Below are positions 1 to 7,516 of a stretch of 39,406 nucleotides of DNA, piece by piece (the first letter of the stretch is position 1; the number at the start of each line of letters is the position of its first letter). Below the pieces are notes generated by a model. It was not told the DNA's origin. It did not search any database and saw only the letters and a list, made by a program, of their open reading frames with translations. Source of the DNA: a virus; the IMG/VR virus record IMGVR_UViG_3300017681_000004, positions 1-39,406 of that record. One strand, written 5' to 3'. Both the position numbers and the translations under genes were made by a program.

Positions 1-123
1 CGCACGAACAGACCATCCGAGACGCTATATCTAGCGCAAGAGCACTTGACGCGGCACAAGTAGAGCCGTAAATCAGAGGCCACTGGTCTCCCCCAGTCTC
101 CTCGGTCCTCCCAGACCACTAGC
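1..123. repeat. Terminal direct repeat, left copy (identical to 39284-39406)
   Basis: All 123 nt match the last 123 nt of the window exactly. Covers the last 71 nt of the CDS ending at 39354 plus 52 nt of spacer. Either a physical terminal redundancy or a circular-assembly overlap. Confidence 0.97.
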
Positions 124-153
124 CCGCCGGCTTCATCCACCGGCGGGCTTTTT
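121..153 (+). terminator. Rho-independent terminator between convergent genes (candidate bidirectional)
   Basis: AGCCCGCCGG (121-130) / CCGGCGGGCT (140-149), 10-bp GC stem, 9-nt loop, then TTTT (150-153). In the circular map it follows the rightward operon stop (69-71, equivalent to 39352-39354). It abuts the stop of the leftward HNH gene. Confidence 0.8.
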
Positions 154-451
154 AATTTCCGAGTTGGCCTGCGAACCGCGCTGTTAGGATGGAGTCCCAA
201 GCCTCCGGCGTTTTGTCAGCCTTGAGCCTGTTGCAAGATCGACATGCGATCACGACGTTCGACTGCACATTTTTGCCGCCCTTAGAGATAGGCTGCACGT
301 GGTCAAAAGTTGCGGTGTTTTTTGCGAGCTTCCAAGGCATGCCGCTCACGGGCAAAACCATTTTCTTTGCGCAGTAGTGGCAGCACCACCCCTGCGTCTC
401 AATTTTGCGGGCCATGATGGCTCGGCGCTGTTTGGCTGTCCGGTTCCTCAT
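152..451 (-). CDS. HNH endonuclease (99 aa)
   Basis: C-terminal part of ORF 152..898. CCHYC...FDHVQPISKGG...ACRSCNRLK is an HNH/zinc-finger signature. ATG at 449-451 overlaps the upstream stop as ATGA. Confidence 0.8.
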   Translation of the reverse strand: MRNRTAKQRRAIMARKIETQGWCCHYCAKKMVLPVSGMPWKLAKNTATFDHVQPISKGGKNVQSNVVIACRSCNRLKADKTPEAWDSILTARFAGQLGN

Positions 452-798
452 GGCAGCAGCTTCATCGCCTCGTCGGCCGAATAGACGACGCCCGTGATGC
501 ACCCCTTGGCCCGAGCCGCGTCGAGGAACGCCTTTTGCTCCGGCGTCACGCGGACACCCGGCGTCTTGACCTCTATCGCCACGAACTGACCCGTCGACGT
601 GTACCCTATGATGTCCGACGAGCCGACGCAGAGACCGGCCACCAGGGGTCTCGGCTCGCGCAGCGTGACCCGATCCGCGCCGACGCCGCCGACGACCTTC
701 CCGACCCATCCCTTGCCCGTATTCTGGCGGAACAGCCGGTGCCCGCGCTCGCTCGCCCCGAGCAGAATCGCGTTGATGATGTCTTTTTCGGCTTTCAT
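448..798 (-). CDS. VRR-NUC domain nuclease (PD-(D/E)xK fold)
   Basis: 116 aa. RLFRQNTG...GSSDIIGY...FVAIEVKTP...TPEQKAFLD matches the VRR-NUC pattern. Coupled to flanking genes. Confidence 0.75.
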   Translation of the reverse strand: MKAEKDIINAILLGASERGHRLFRQNTGKGWVGKVVGGVGADRVTLREPRPLVAGLCVGSSDIIGYTSTGQFVAIEVKTPGVRVTPEQKAFLDAARAKGCITGVVYSADEAMKLLP

Positions 799-1025
799 GC
801 CTCAGCCCTCCGTTTCTCCCACGCGACCGCAAGCGCAGCCTGAGTTTGCGCCCGTGCCAGCGCGCGCCTGCGGGCCTTGTATCGGGCGTTCCAGGCAAGA
901 CAGCGAGCGTATGCGACGTGGCGCCCGAGCCGTGTCTGCGCCATCAGGACGTGATGATATGACCGGCCCATGACTTCCGCGATCCGCATCGGCGCCACGC
1001 CGTCGTGCAGCATATAATCGACCAT
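795..1025 (-). CDS. Small helix-turn-helix-like protein (76 aa)
   Basis: ORF 795..1112 would overlap the helicase by 79 nt. The internal ATG at 1023-1025 lies 8 nt after the helicase stop with GAGG upstream. VAPMRIAEVMGRSYHHVLMAQTRLG looks HTH-like. Confidence 0.5.
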   Translation of the reverse strand: MVDYMLHDGVAPMRIAEVMGRSYHHVLMAQTRLGRHVAYARCLAWNARYKARRRALARAQTQAALAVAWEKRRAEA

Positions 1026-1033
1026 CTCGGCCT

Positions 1034-2473
1034 CTAGGCTCGCCTGCGCACGCCAGTCCGCGCCATCCTGTCGTCTTCTCTCTGCCTCATCATCCACAAC
1101 GCCTGCCCCCACTGTTCAGGATTCTTGAGACCCCGGGCGCGCCCGAGATCCACGAGTTCGCCCACGTTCCGGCAGGCAGCCTCTTGCTTCTGCCGGCGCT
1201 GGCGCATCTCGGCCGGGTCGACCTCTGCAAGCTCGCCGTCGCCAACCGAAATCTCCCGCGGCCCGCCCTCGGCGACCGGCTTGACGAACCCGCACTCAGG
1301 GCACGCCTTCAGAACAGCCCGATACGTCGCGAAGCAGGATTTGCAGACCGCAATCGCGACCTCGGCTTTCTGGTCGCCTTTCTTGCGGCCCGTCAGCGTC
1401 CAGGTGCGCTCGTCGTCCGGTAGGCCGTGCGCCTCGATGTTGCCGGCGTGGTCGAGAATGATCGCGGGGTAGTCTTTTTTGCGGAGGGCCCGGCCGACTT
1501 GTTGCAGGTAGAGCGACAGCGATTTTGTCGGGCGCAGCATGCCGACGCATTCAAGCGTTACGTCTCGGCCAGCCTGAGCGGCGAGATCCCACCCCTCTGC
1601 GGCCAGCATGACGTTCGTGATGACATCAAGCGCACCGTCTGCCATGGCCCGTGCCGCAGCCTTGCGCTCGTGCGCGGGCGTCGTGCCGTCAAGGTGAATG
1701 GCCGAGACACCGGCCGCCCGGAACGCTTCTGCGACGTGTTTGGAGTGGGAAATCGTCACACAGAAGTACATGGCCTTCTTGCCGGCGGCCAACTTCAGAT
1801 AATGCCCTACGATATCTCCGATCAGCGTCGGCTTATCCATCTCGTCTTCAAGCTCGTCCGTTGAGTAGTCGCCGGCCCGCGTCCCAACGTCCGCCAGAGC
1901 CGGCGACGTTGGCGCGTAGGCCCGATATCGCGAGAGGTAGCCCTGCTCCATCAGCCAGGCCACGGACGGCCCTGGCACGATGTCTTGATAGGGAGGGTTG
2001 AGCGGCTTCCCGTCGAGGCGTTCGGGCGTTGCGGTCAACCCAACGATTTTCGCGCCGACCAGCCGCGCCCATTCGAGTACCTTCGCCCACGACCCGGCAG
2101 CAGAGTGGGCGGCCTCGTCAACAAACATGACGGTCGGGTAGCAGCCGGCAGGGATGCGCGCGAGTCGGTTTTTCAGCGTGTCGATCGAACAGACCTGGAC
2201 CATCTGGTAAGGATTGAACGGGCGACCGGCAGCAATGATTCCGTGCGCGATCCCGAGCGAATAGAATGTCCCGCTCGTTTGCTCCACGAGATAGTCCCGG
2301 TTTACGACCATCCACGGACGCCCGTTCTTAGCGAGCGCGCCTTTGACCATAAACGACGCCTTGACAGTTTTGCCGCTCCCGGTCGGGCTCTGAAGCATGA
2401 TTGCGTCATGCACTTTCAGAGAGGCGCGAACCCTGTCGATGATGTCCTGTTGGAACGGGCGCAGTTCGATCAC
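1034..2473 (-). CDS. Superfamily 2 DNA helicase (DEAD/DEAH type) with C-terminal zinc ribbon
   Basis: SPTGSGKT (motif I), DEAAH (II), TATP (III), QQVGRALR (VI). CKSC...CPECG zinc ribbon near the C-terminus. Confidence 0.88.
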   Translation of the reverse strand: MIELRPFQQDIIDRVRASLKVHDAIMLQSPTGSGKTVKASFMVKGALAKNGRPWMVVNRDYLVEQTSGTFYSLGIAHGIIAAGRPFNPYQMVQVCSIDTLKNRLARIPAGCYPTVMFVDEAAHSAAGSWAKVLEWARLVGAKIVGLTATPERLDGKPLNPPYQDIVPGPSVAWLMEQGYLSRYRAYAPTSPALADVGTRAGDYSTDELEDEMDKPTLIGDIVGHYLKLAAGKKAMYFCVTISHSKHVAEAFRAAGVSAIHLDGTTPAHERKAAARAMADGALDVITNVMLAAEGWDLAAQAGRDVTLECVGMLRPTKSLSLYLQQVGRALRKKDYPAIILDHAGNIEAHGLPDDERTWTLTGRKKGDQKAEVAIAVCKSCFATYRAVLKACPECGFVKPVAEGGPREISVGDGELAEVDPAEMRQRRQKQEAACRNVGELVDLGRARGLKNPEQWGQALWMMRQREDDRMARTGVRRRA

Positions 2474-2790
2474 TTCACCAACACGGCCCGCACCGCCTCC
2501 ACGTTTACGCCCGCCCGTGCGGCGCCGTCGGCGATATCACCCCATCGCTCGTGCGGCACCGCCCCATCGGGCCAGCGATACAACGTGTTCGGATCGATGC
2601 CCACGGCCCGACAGAACGGCCGCACGCCCCCGAACAGCCCGACAAGTTCGGCGTGTCTCTCCGGCGGTCGCGGCGCGGTCTCGGGCCGATCTCGCCGCGG
2701 CGTCTTGCGCCACCAAGCCAGATAGTGCCGCTGACACATGCCCCGACAGACCGCCTCCTCCTCGCAACTCATAACCATGCATCTCGTCAT
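2470..2790 (-). CDS. Cro/YdaS-like HTH regulator with Cys-rich N-terminus (106 aa)
   Basis: ATG 2788-2790 preceded by GGAGG (2796-2800). N-terminus C..C..C.GMC..HY. C-terminal FCRAVGIDPNTLYRW is HTH-like. First gene after the leftward promoter. Confidence 0.55.
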   Translation of the reverse strand: MTRCMVMSCEEEAVCRGMCQRHYLAWWRKTPRRDRPETAPRPPERHAELVGLFGGVRPFCRAVGIDPNTLYRWPDGAVPHERWGDIADGAARAGVNVEAVRAVLVK

Positions 2791-2806
2791 CGCGACCTCC
2801 TGAGCC

Positions 2807-2847
2807 CGTATAAAATGCCGTTGACACCGCGTCAACGGCTCTATAGA
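2807..2847. promoter_or_regulatory. Face-to-face divergent sigma70-like promoters embedded in a perfect palindrome
   Basis: GCCGTTGAC (2817-2825) N5 GTCAACGGC (2831-2839). Plus strand: TTGACA 2821-2826 with TATAGA 2842-2847. Minus strand: TTGACG (2830-2835), 17-nt spacer, TATACG (2807-2812). Confidence 0.7.
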
Positions 2848-2878
2848 CCGGGAATGGGAACTGAAACGGGAGATGCAG

Positions 2879-3076
2879 ATGACAGTCGATCAGATTTTGC
2901 GCGATATTGACGAGCACGGGTTACAGTTTGGCTGTAACAGACTCGCCGAGGAGCGCCCTGAATATCTCTGGTATGTCCGAATTGGATCAGACTACAGCAA
3001 GGCCCGACGCGGAGCGACGTTTGAGGCCGCCGTGCTCGCCGCTTGGGCTGCGTACACGAACGCGGAGGGCAAGTGA
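2879..3076 (+). CDS. Hypothetical protein (65 aa)
   Basis: ORF 2873..3076. The second ATG (2879) follows the conserved leader AAACGGGAGATGCAG-ATG shared with the other early cassettes. Confidence 0.55.
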   Translation: MTVDQILRDIDEHGLQFGCNRLAEERPEYLWYVRIGSDYSKARRGATFEAAVLAAWAAYTNAEGK

Positions 3077-3279
3077 TGTGGATCGCGTCTCTGCCGCTGT
3101 GGTTTGTTTCGTTCGTTATGCTGCTTGTCGCGATTTTTTCTGCGTATCAAGCATACCGCTTGGCGCTATCTTCTGGCTCGTCATCTGAGGAAATCGGCAC
3201 GAAGGCATGGCTTTCGATGGCATTTCTTGTGCTGTGCTCGCTACTGGCCGCGCTGGCCTCTCTCGTCGGGAGGCTCTGA
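3076..3279 (+). CDS. Small membrane protein, two predicted TM helices (67 aa)
   Basis: MWIASLPLWFVSFVMLLVAIF and AWLSMAFLVLCSLLAALASLV. ATG overlaps the upstream stop (TGATG). Confidence 0.6.
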   Translation: MWIASLPLWFVSFVMLLVAIFSAYQAYRLALSSGSSSEEIGTKAWLSMAFLVLCSLLAALASLVGRL

Positions 3280-3965
3280 TGCCGATCCAGATCCACACCG
3301 ACCTAGTCCAGGGCTCAGACGAATGGCTCGCCGCGCGCTGCGGTCTGCTAACGGCGTCGGAAATGAGCCTGATCCTAACTCCTACCCTGAAGGTCGCGCA
3401 GAACGACAAACAGCGCGCCCATCTGTATGAGCTTCTGGCGCAGCGAATCACGAACTACGTCGAGCCCCGCTATCTGAGCGACGATATGTTGCGCGGCCAT
3501 ATTGACGAGGCTGAGGCTCTAGCGTTGTATGAGCAGCACTACGCGCCCGTTGAGACGGCCGGGTTTATCACGAATGACGAGTGGGGTTTCACGCTCGGGT
3601 ATTCGCCTGACGGTCTCGTTGGCACTGACGGGCTGGTCGAGGTAAAGAGCCGCCGGCAGAAGTACCAAGTCGAGACGTTCTGCGTACACGTCACCGAACA
3701 AACGATCCCGGCCGACTACGTTTTGCAGATCCAGACAGGGCTTCTCGTCACGGGCCGCAAGTGGTGCGATCTGGTGTCTTACTCTGCCGGCCTGCCTATG
3801 GCTCGGATCAGGGCATATCCTGACGAGGCCATGCAGGACGCGATCGTGAAGGCCGCGACATCGTTCGAGACGGCGCTATCAGTGGCCCGTGAGAAATACG
3901 ACGCCGCAATCGTCGGCGCCCCCACGACCGAGCGCCGCGCCGCAGAACAGGAAATGGTGTTATGA
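3279..3965 (+). CDS. YqaJ / lambda-exonuclease-like recombination exonuclease (228 aa)
   Basis: QGSDEWLAARCGLLTASEMS at the N-terminus is typical of YqaJ-type viral recombinases. Also DGLVEVKSR and ADYVLQIQTGL. Start overlaps the upstream stop (TGATG). Confidence 0.8.
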   Translation: MPIQIHTDLVQGSDEWLAARCGLLTASEMSLILTPTLKVAQNDKQRAHLYELLAQRITNYVEPRYLSDDMLRGHIDEAEALALYEQHYAPVETAGFITNDEWGFTLGYSPDGLVGTDGLVEVKSRRQKYQVETFCVHVTEQTIPADYVLQIQTGLLVTGRKWCDLVSYSAGLPMARIRAYPDEAMQDAIVKAATSFETALSVAREKYDAAIVGAPTTERRAAEQEMVL

Positions 3966-4432
3966 GCGAGCGAGGTAAGTGGCCTAGAAAATCTCTAGAG
4001 GAAAGATTCCACCAGCGATATATTCCAGAGCCAAACTCAGGATGCTGGCTATGGATTGGTAAATTAAACGCCTATGGGTATGGCCGAGTTATAAGGTCTG
4101 GAACAAAAGAAGAGATGGCGCATCGCGTTTCTCTTGAGCTATCTGGCCTCCATTTAGCGAAAAACGAATTAGCCTGCCACCGCTGCGATACGCCATCGTG
4201 CGTCAACCCAGATCACATTTTTGTAGGATCACACGCAGACAATAGTAGAGATATGGCATCTAAAAAAAGAGGTACAATCGGAGAGTCAAATAGACATTCA
4301 AAGCTGACTTCCTCCCAAGTTGCAGACATAATAAAAGACAGCAGAAGCGCAAAGGATATTGCAGTAGCTTATGGCATTTGCGAATCTACTGTCAGAAATT
4401 ATAAATCTGGCAGAACGTGGGGACACCTGTAA
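3962..4432 (+). CDS. HNH homing-type endonuclease (HNH_3-like) with C-terminal HTH
   Basis: CWLWIGKLNAYGYGRV...AHRVS...CHRCDTPSCVNPDHIFVGSHADN. Hand count of 4021-4080 gives 43% G+C against 62-68% in flanking genes. Confidence 0.85.
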   Translation: MSERGKWPRKSLEERFHQRYIPEPNSGCWLWIGKLNAYGYGRVIRSGTKEEMAHRVSLELSGLHLAKNELACHRCDTPSCVNPDHIFVGSHADNSRDMASKKRGTIGESNRHSKLTSSQVADIIKDSRSAKDIAVAYGICESTVRNYKSGRTWGHL

Positions 4433-5091
4433 TGGACATGTCAGCTTTCGTAATGCCCAAATCAGACCAGTTAAACGCTGATGACCTGATTAGTGGCCCT
4501 CGAACAGTTACAATCACTAAAGTAGCCGGAACAAGTAACGCCGAGCAGCCCGTTGCTGTGTTTTTTGAGGGTGATAATAACCGGCCTTACAAGCCTGGAA
4601 AATCCATGCGCCGCGTGATGATCGCGGCATGGGGGCGTGATGCCGCGCAGTACGCCGGGCGCAGCATGACGCTATATTGCGACCCGACCGTGGTTTTTGG
4701 CGGCATCCAGGTTGGCGGCATCCGTATCAGCCACATGTCGCATATCGACCGCGATCTGACTCTGCTGCTGACCACGACGAAATCGAAGCGCAAGCCGTTC
4801 GAGGTGAAGCGGCTCGCGGAAGCGGCGCCCAAGCCGAATCGCCGAGAGGCCCTGTACGCCGCTGCGCGGGTCGCTGCCGGCAAGGGCCGGCGTTCGCTGA
4901 CCGAGTTCCGCGCGGGCCTACATCCGGCCGCCTACGACGCCCTAGAGCCGATCTGGCCCGAACTGACCGCGACCGCTGCGGCCAAAGAGATTCCCGCGCA
5001 CGACCCTGACACGGGCGTGATCGAGGATGCCGACCGACACGCCATTGATGGTGAAGGTCTGGACTACCCCCACGACGACGAGAGGATTTAA
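4432..5091 (+). CDS. Hypothetical conserved phage protein (219 aa)
   Basis: ATG 4432 overlaps the HNH stop (TAATG). No motif recognised. Its position after the exonuclease suggests a recombination or ssDNA-binding partner, which is inference only. Confidence 0.6.
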   Translation: MDMSAFVMPKSDQLNADDLISGPRTVTITKVAGTSNAEQPVAVFFEGDNNRPYKPGKSMRRVMIAAWGRDAAQYAGRSMTLYCDPTVVFGGIQVGGIRISHMSHIDRDLTLLLTTTKSKRKPFEVKRLAEAAPKPNRREALYAAARVAAGKGRRSLTEFRAGLHPAAYDALEPIWPELTATAAAKEIPAHDPDTGVIEDADRHAIDGEGLDYPHDDERI

Positions 5092-5094
5092 CAA

Positions 5095-5490
5095 ATGGCA
5101 AAGCGTGAACACGGCTACATCGCCCTCGTGCCGGTCTTTATCCCGGTTCCGAAGAACGACCTTCCGAACCAGATTGCCGCCGCTACGGCGCTGCACGAGG
5201 CCACCCGCTCGGGCTCGCTGGATCAGATCATGGCCCTGCCTGGCGTGCGGCTGCATGTGAAGCCCGGCAAGGACATCGTGAACCGCTGGACGTCCGTTCA
5301 GGTTGCCGAGGCTGGCGAGGCCGAGCCGGAGCAGACGTATTTCGAGAAGACCGGCGAGCTTGAGCCCGGCACGCTTGGAGGCGCCGAGATCTCTGGCTTG
5401 GACGAACTTCCGGACAGCGATATTCCGTCCGAATCTCCCGCGCCCGACGCCGAGACAACCACCGGCCGCCGCCGCAGCCGCGCCGCTTAA
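5095..5490 (+). CDS. Hypothetical protein with acidic Pro/Glu/Asp-rich C-terminal half
   Basis: 131-aa ORF starting 3 nt after the upstream stop. No family recognised. Confidence 0.55.
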   Translation: MAKREHGYIALVPVFIPVPKNDLPNQIAAATALHEATRSGSLDQIMALPGVRLHVKPGKDIVNRWTSVQVAEAGEAEPEQTYFEKTGELEPGTLGGAEISGLDELPDSDIPSESPAPDAETTTGRRRSRAA

Positions 5491-5502
5491 GGAGATCCAG
5501 AC

Positions 5503-5646
5503 ATGACTGAGCGCAAAGAAAACTTCATCGCTTGTGGCGTGTTCGGAGGCCGAGATATCTCGGTCCCGGGGTTCGAAAACCGTTACGCTGCGCTGACCTA
5601 CGCATCGCTCAAGGGGTGGCGTGAGATCGCCATCCTTCGGAGCTAA
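5503..5646 (+). CDS. Small hypothetical protein (47 aa, below the ORF-track cut-off)
   Basis: Hand translation MTERKENFIACGVFGGRDISVPGFENRYAALTYASLKGWREIAILRS. GGAG lies 8 nt upstream of the ATG. The stop overlaps the stop of the convergent gene. Confidence 0.45.
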   Translation: MTERKENFIACGVFGGRDISVPGFENRYAALTYASLKGWREIAILRS

Positions 5647-6161
5647 TGCTTAATGGCGCCTAGGGCCTTCACGACGTTGTCGCTGATGAGTTCTAGGCGC
5701 CCACTAATCAGATCAAGGCGCGTAACCACCCGATCCATGTCCTTGGAAGTTCGCTCCTCTAGGGATGCGAGTTCCTTTTTGGTGGCGTACATGCCGGCCA
5801 CTTGTGAGCGATGCTCGCTGCTGCGATCTTCCATCATTTTGAGGCTCGCATTCACGGCCACCTGGAACGCGTCGCGCTCGTTGCGGCTGGCCTCTTTGGA
5901 AGCGTCCCGCACGGCTACAAGTTCCTTGAACTCTTTTCGGAGATCCTTGACGGCGTCCTGCACGTTCTCGAAATCGCGGTTCTTGCCGCCGATTCGCCAG
6001 AGCCAGCCGCCGAACCCGATCATCATTCCGATGAGCGCCAGCACGGTGACGGGCGAGACTTGCGGCTGCCAACTCAGCACGTCGCCGACCCCTGCGTCTT
6101 GAACGCGGGCTTGAGCTTCGATGAAAACGGGCTTCCATACCTGCGCATCCGGGAATCCCAT
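5643..6161 (-). CDS. Single-pass membrane protein with long coiled coil (i-spanin-like or holin-like), 172 aa
   Basis: ATG 6159-6161 overlaps the endolysin stop (TGATG). One TM (VTVLALIGMMIGFGGWLW) followed by a charged helical region. Last gene of the late operon. Confidence 0.5.
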   Translation of the reverse strand: MGFPDAQVWKPVFIEAQARVQDAGVGDVLSWQPQVSPVTVLALIGMMIGFGGWLWRIGGKNRDFENVQDAVKDLRKEFKELVAVRDASKEASRNERDAFQVAVNASLKMMEDRSSEHRSQVAGMYATKKELASLEERTSKDMDRVVTRLDLISGRLELISDNVVKALGAIKH

Positions 6162-7312
6162 CAGAAAAACGCCTGCCTGACCTTGATCCACGCGCTGAGA
6201 ATCGCGCTGACGCCCTTCCATAGCAGGAACAGGCCCGCCAAGATCAGGAAGAACGTTCGGTGCTCCACGACGAACCCGACGACGCTCGAGACCATTCCAA
6301 AGACTGTCTGCACCTGGCCGGCAACGTCGTTCGCCTTACTCAGCGCGTCCGTCAGGCCCGAGCCAGTCGCCCCGCCGAGACCCAGGAGGCCCGTGCCGGC
6401 CGTCATCAGCCAAGCCGGCGGGCTGAACAACTCCGGCCGGTGCTGCGCCGCCTCAGGCAAGCTCATGGTGGCGCGCTCGGTCGAAATCCGTGCGTGCGGC
6501 CACTTCGGCAGGCCGGCAAGGAATTCGGCATCAATCCCGCCGTCGCCAAGCCCGTTGTCCTTGCGGATCTGTGCGACCGCCGCCTGCGTCTTGCTGCCGT
6601 CGAGGCCGTCCAGCAGCCCCGTATTGTAGTACCCGCGATCCTTCAGGGCGGCTTGCACGTCCCATAACGCCGGATCGCCCTTCAGCCCCGGACGCGCCTT
6701 TTCAGAGACCGGCTTGGGACCGAGCCCTAGCAGCCGCTGCCACCAGGGGCGCGGCACGACGTCGGCCGCCACGGTTGGCGCGCGTGGCGCGGCTACGGGC
6801 GCCGCCGCGGGCCGCATCTGTGCGAGCATCGCCTCCACGGGGGCCGGACCGACTAGGACGTGGTTCAGGCCATCGCCGGCATAGTAGGACTGTCCGCGGC
6901 GCTTCCCGTTGATCGCCGACAGCACCGGGAACGACGCCCACTCCATCGCGATCTGATTGCCGAAATCGGTAGCCGACATCTTGCCGGCCATGAACTTCGC
7001 GTAGCCTCGGCGCAGCAGAAGCGCATACCCAAGCTCGTCCTGCGTCGTTGGCGACATCAGCGCGCGGCCGGACACCTTGCCCTCATCGCGCAGGCCCTTC
7101 AGCGTCGCAGTCATGAACTGGTAGCGACCGCACGCCGACGAGCCGAAATTCTTCGTGCGCCAGGGGCCGTTTTCGATTGCCTCGTCAACCGTCATGGACG
7201 TAATCGGCTTGACCATCCGGGACATCTTGTTCCCGTACACGGTGTCATAGCCGCGAGGCGCCTCGAAAGACGCGATGAAGTCGAGCGCGAGTTTCGCGGG
7301 CGCCGGGATCAT
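6161..7312 (-). CDS. Lysis enzyme: lambda-R-like (GH104) lytic transglycosylase + PG-binding domain + C-terminal TM anchor (383 aa)
   Basis: SFEAPRGYDTVYG...SSACGRYQFM...MEWASFP parallels lambda R (WSEGT...GAGRYQLL...IWASLPG). GDPALWDVQAALKDRGYY...TQAAVAQIRKDNGL is PG_binding_1-like. Three hydrophobic helices fall in the last ~85 aa (nt 6182-6415). Start taken at ATG 7310-7312. Confidence 0.75.
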   Translation of the reverse strand: MIPAPAKLALDFIASFEAPRGYDTVYGNKMSRMVKPITSMTVDEAIENGPWRTKNFGSSACGRYQFMTATLKGLRDEGKVSGRALMSPTTQDELGYALLLRRGYAKFMAGKMSATDFGNQIAMEWASFPVLSAINGKRRGQSYYAGDGLNHVLVGPAPVEAMLAQMRPAAAPVAAPRAPTVAADVVPRPWWQRLLGLGPKPVSEKARPGLKGDPALWDVQAALKDRGYYNTGLLDGLDGSKTQAAVAQIRKDNGLGDGGIDAEFLAGLPKWPHARISTERATMSLPEAAQHRPELFSPPAWLMTAGTGLLGLGGATGSGLTDALSKANDVAGQVQTVFGMVSSVVGFVVEHRTFFLILAGLFLLWKGVSAILSAWIKVRQAFF

Positions 7313-7316
7313 GGCG

Positions 7317-7505
7317 TCACTCAGGCTTAGCGGGCGGGATGAAATCTGTCGCCTGGTCGTCTCGTAACATGCCATCGGGTGTTGGAATAACATTCCGTTC
7401 GGACTTGATCCGATGGACCATCTCGCCGATTTCATCAGCGTCCAGCCGGGCGCCGGCAACCACCAGCAGGCGGGCCAAAACCTCGCCGGGCACTAGATAA
7501 TTCAT
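7317..7505 (-). CDS. Small hypothetical protein (62 aa)
   Basis: ORF 7317..7520. The ATG at 7503-7505 has GGGAG 5 nt upstream. No TM segment. Confidence 0.45.
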   Translation of the reverse strand: MNYLVPGEVLARLLVVAGARLDADEIGEMVHRIKSERNVIPTPDGMLRDDQATDFIPPAKPE

Positions 7506-7516
7506 TGCCATCTCCC

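Noticed and set aside
75-120. Imperfect inverted repeat TGGTCT...AGACCA in the terminal repeat as a pac/cos signal
   Set aside because: It is only a 6-bp stem with a 23-nt loop, which is too weak to interpret without read-terminus data.
152-898. 248-aa ORF spanning the HNH and VRR-NUC genes
   Set aside because: Only its last 99 codons (HNH) look protein-like. The N-terminal 150 codons are Arg/Gly-rich out-of-frame shadow of the VRR-NUC gene, which has its own clean frame and ATGA coupling.
5643-6161. Embedded o-spanin (Rz1-like lipoprotein) in an alternative frame of the coiled-coil gene
   Set aside because: The only long alternative frame (5713-6138) is Arg-rich and lacks a signal peptide or lipobox Cys.
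7317-7505. Holin upstream of the endolysin
   Set aside because: The 62-aa product has no transmembrane-length hydrophobic segment.
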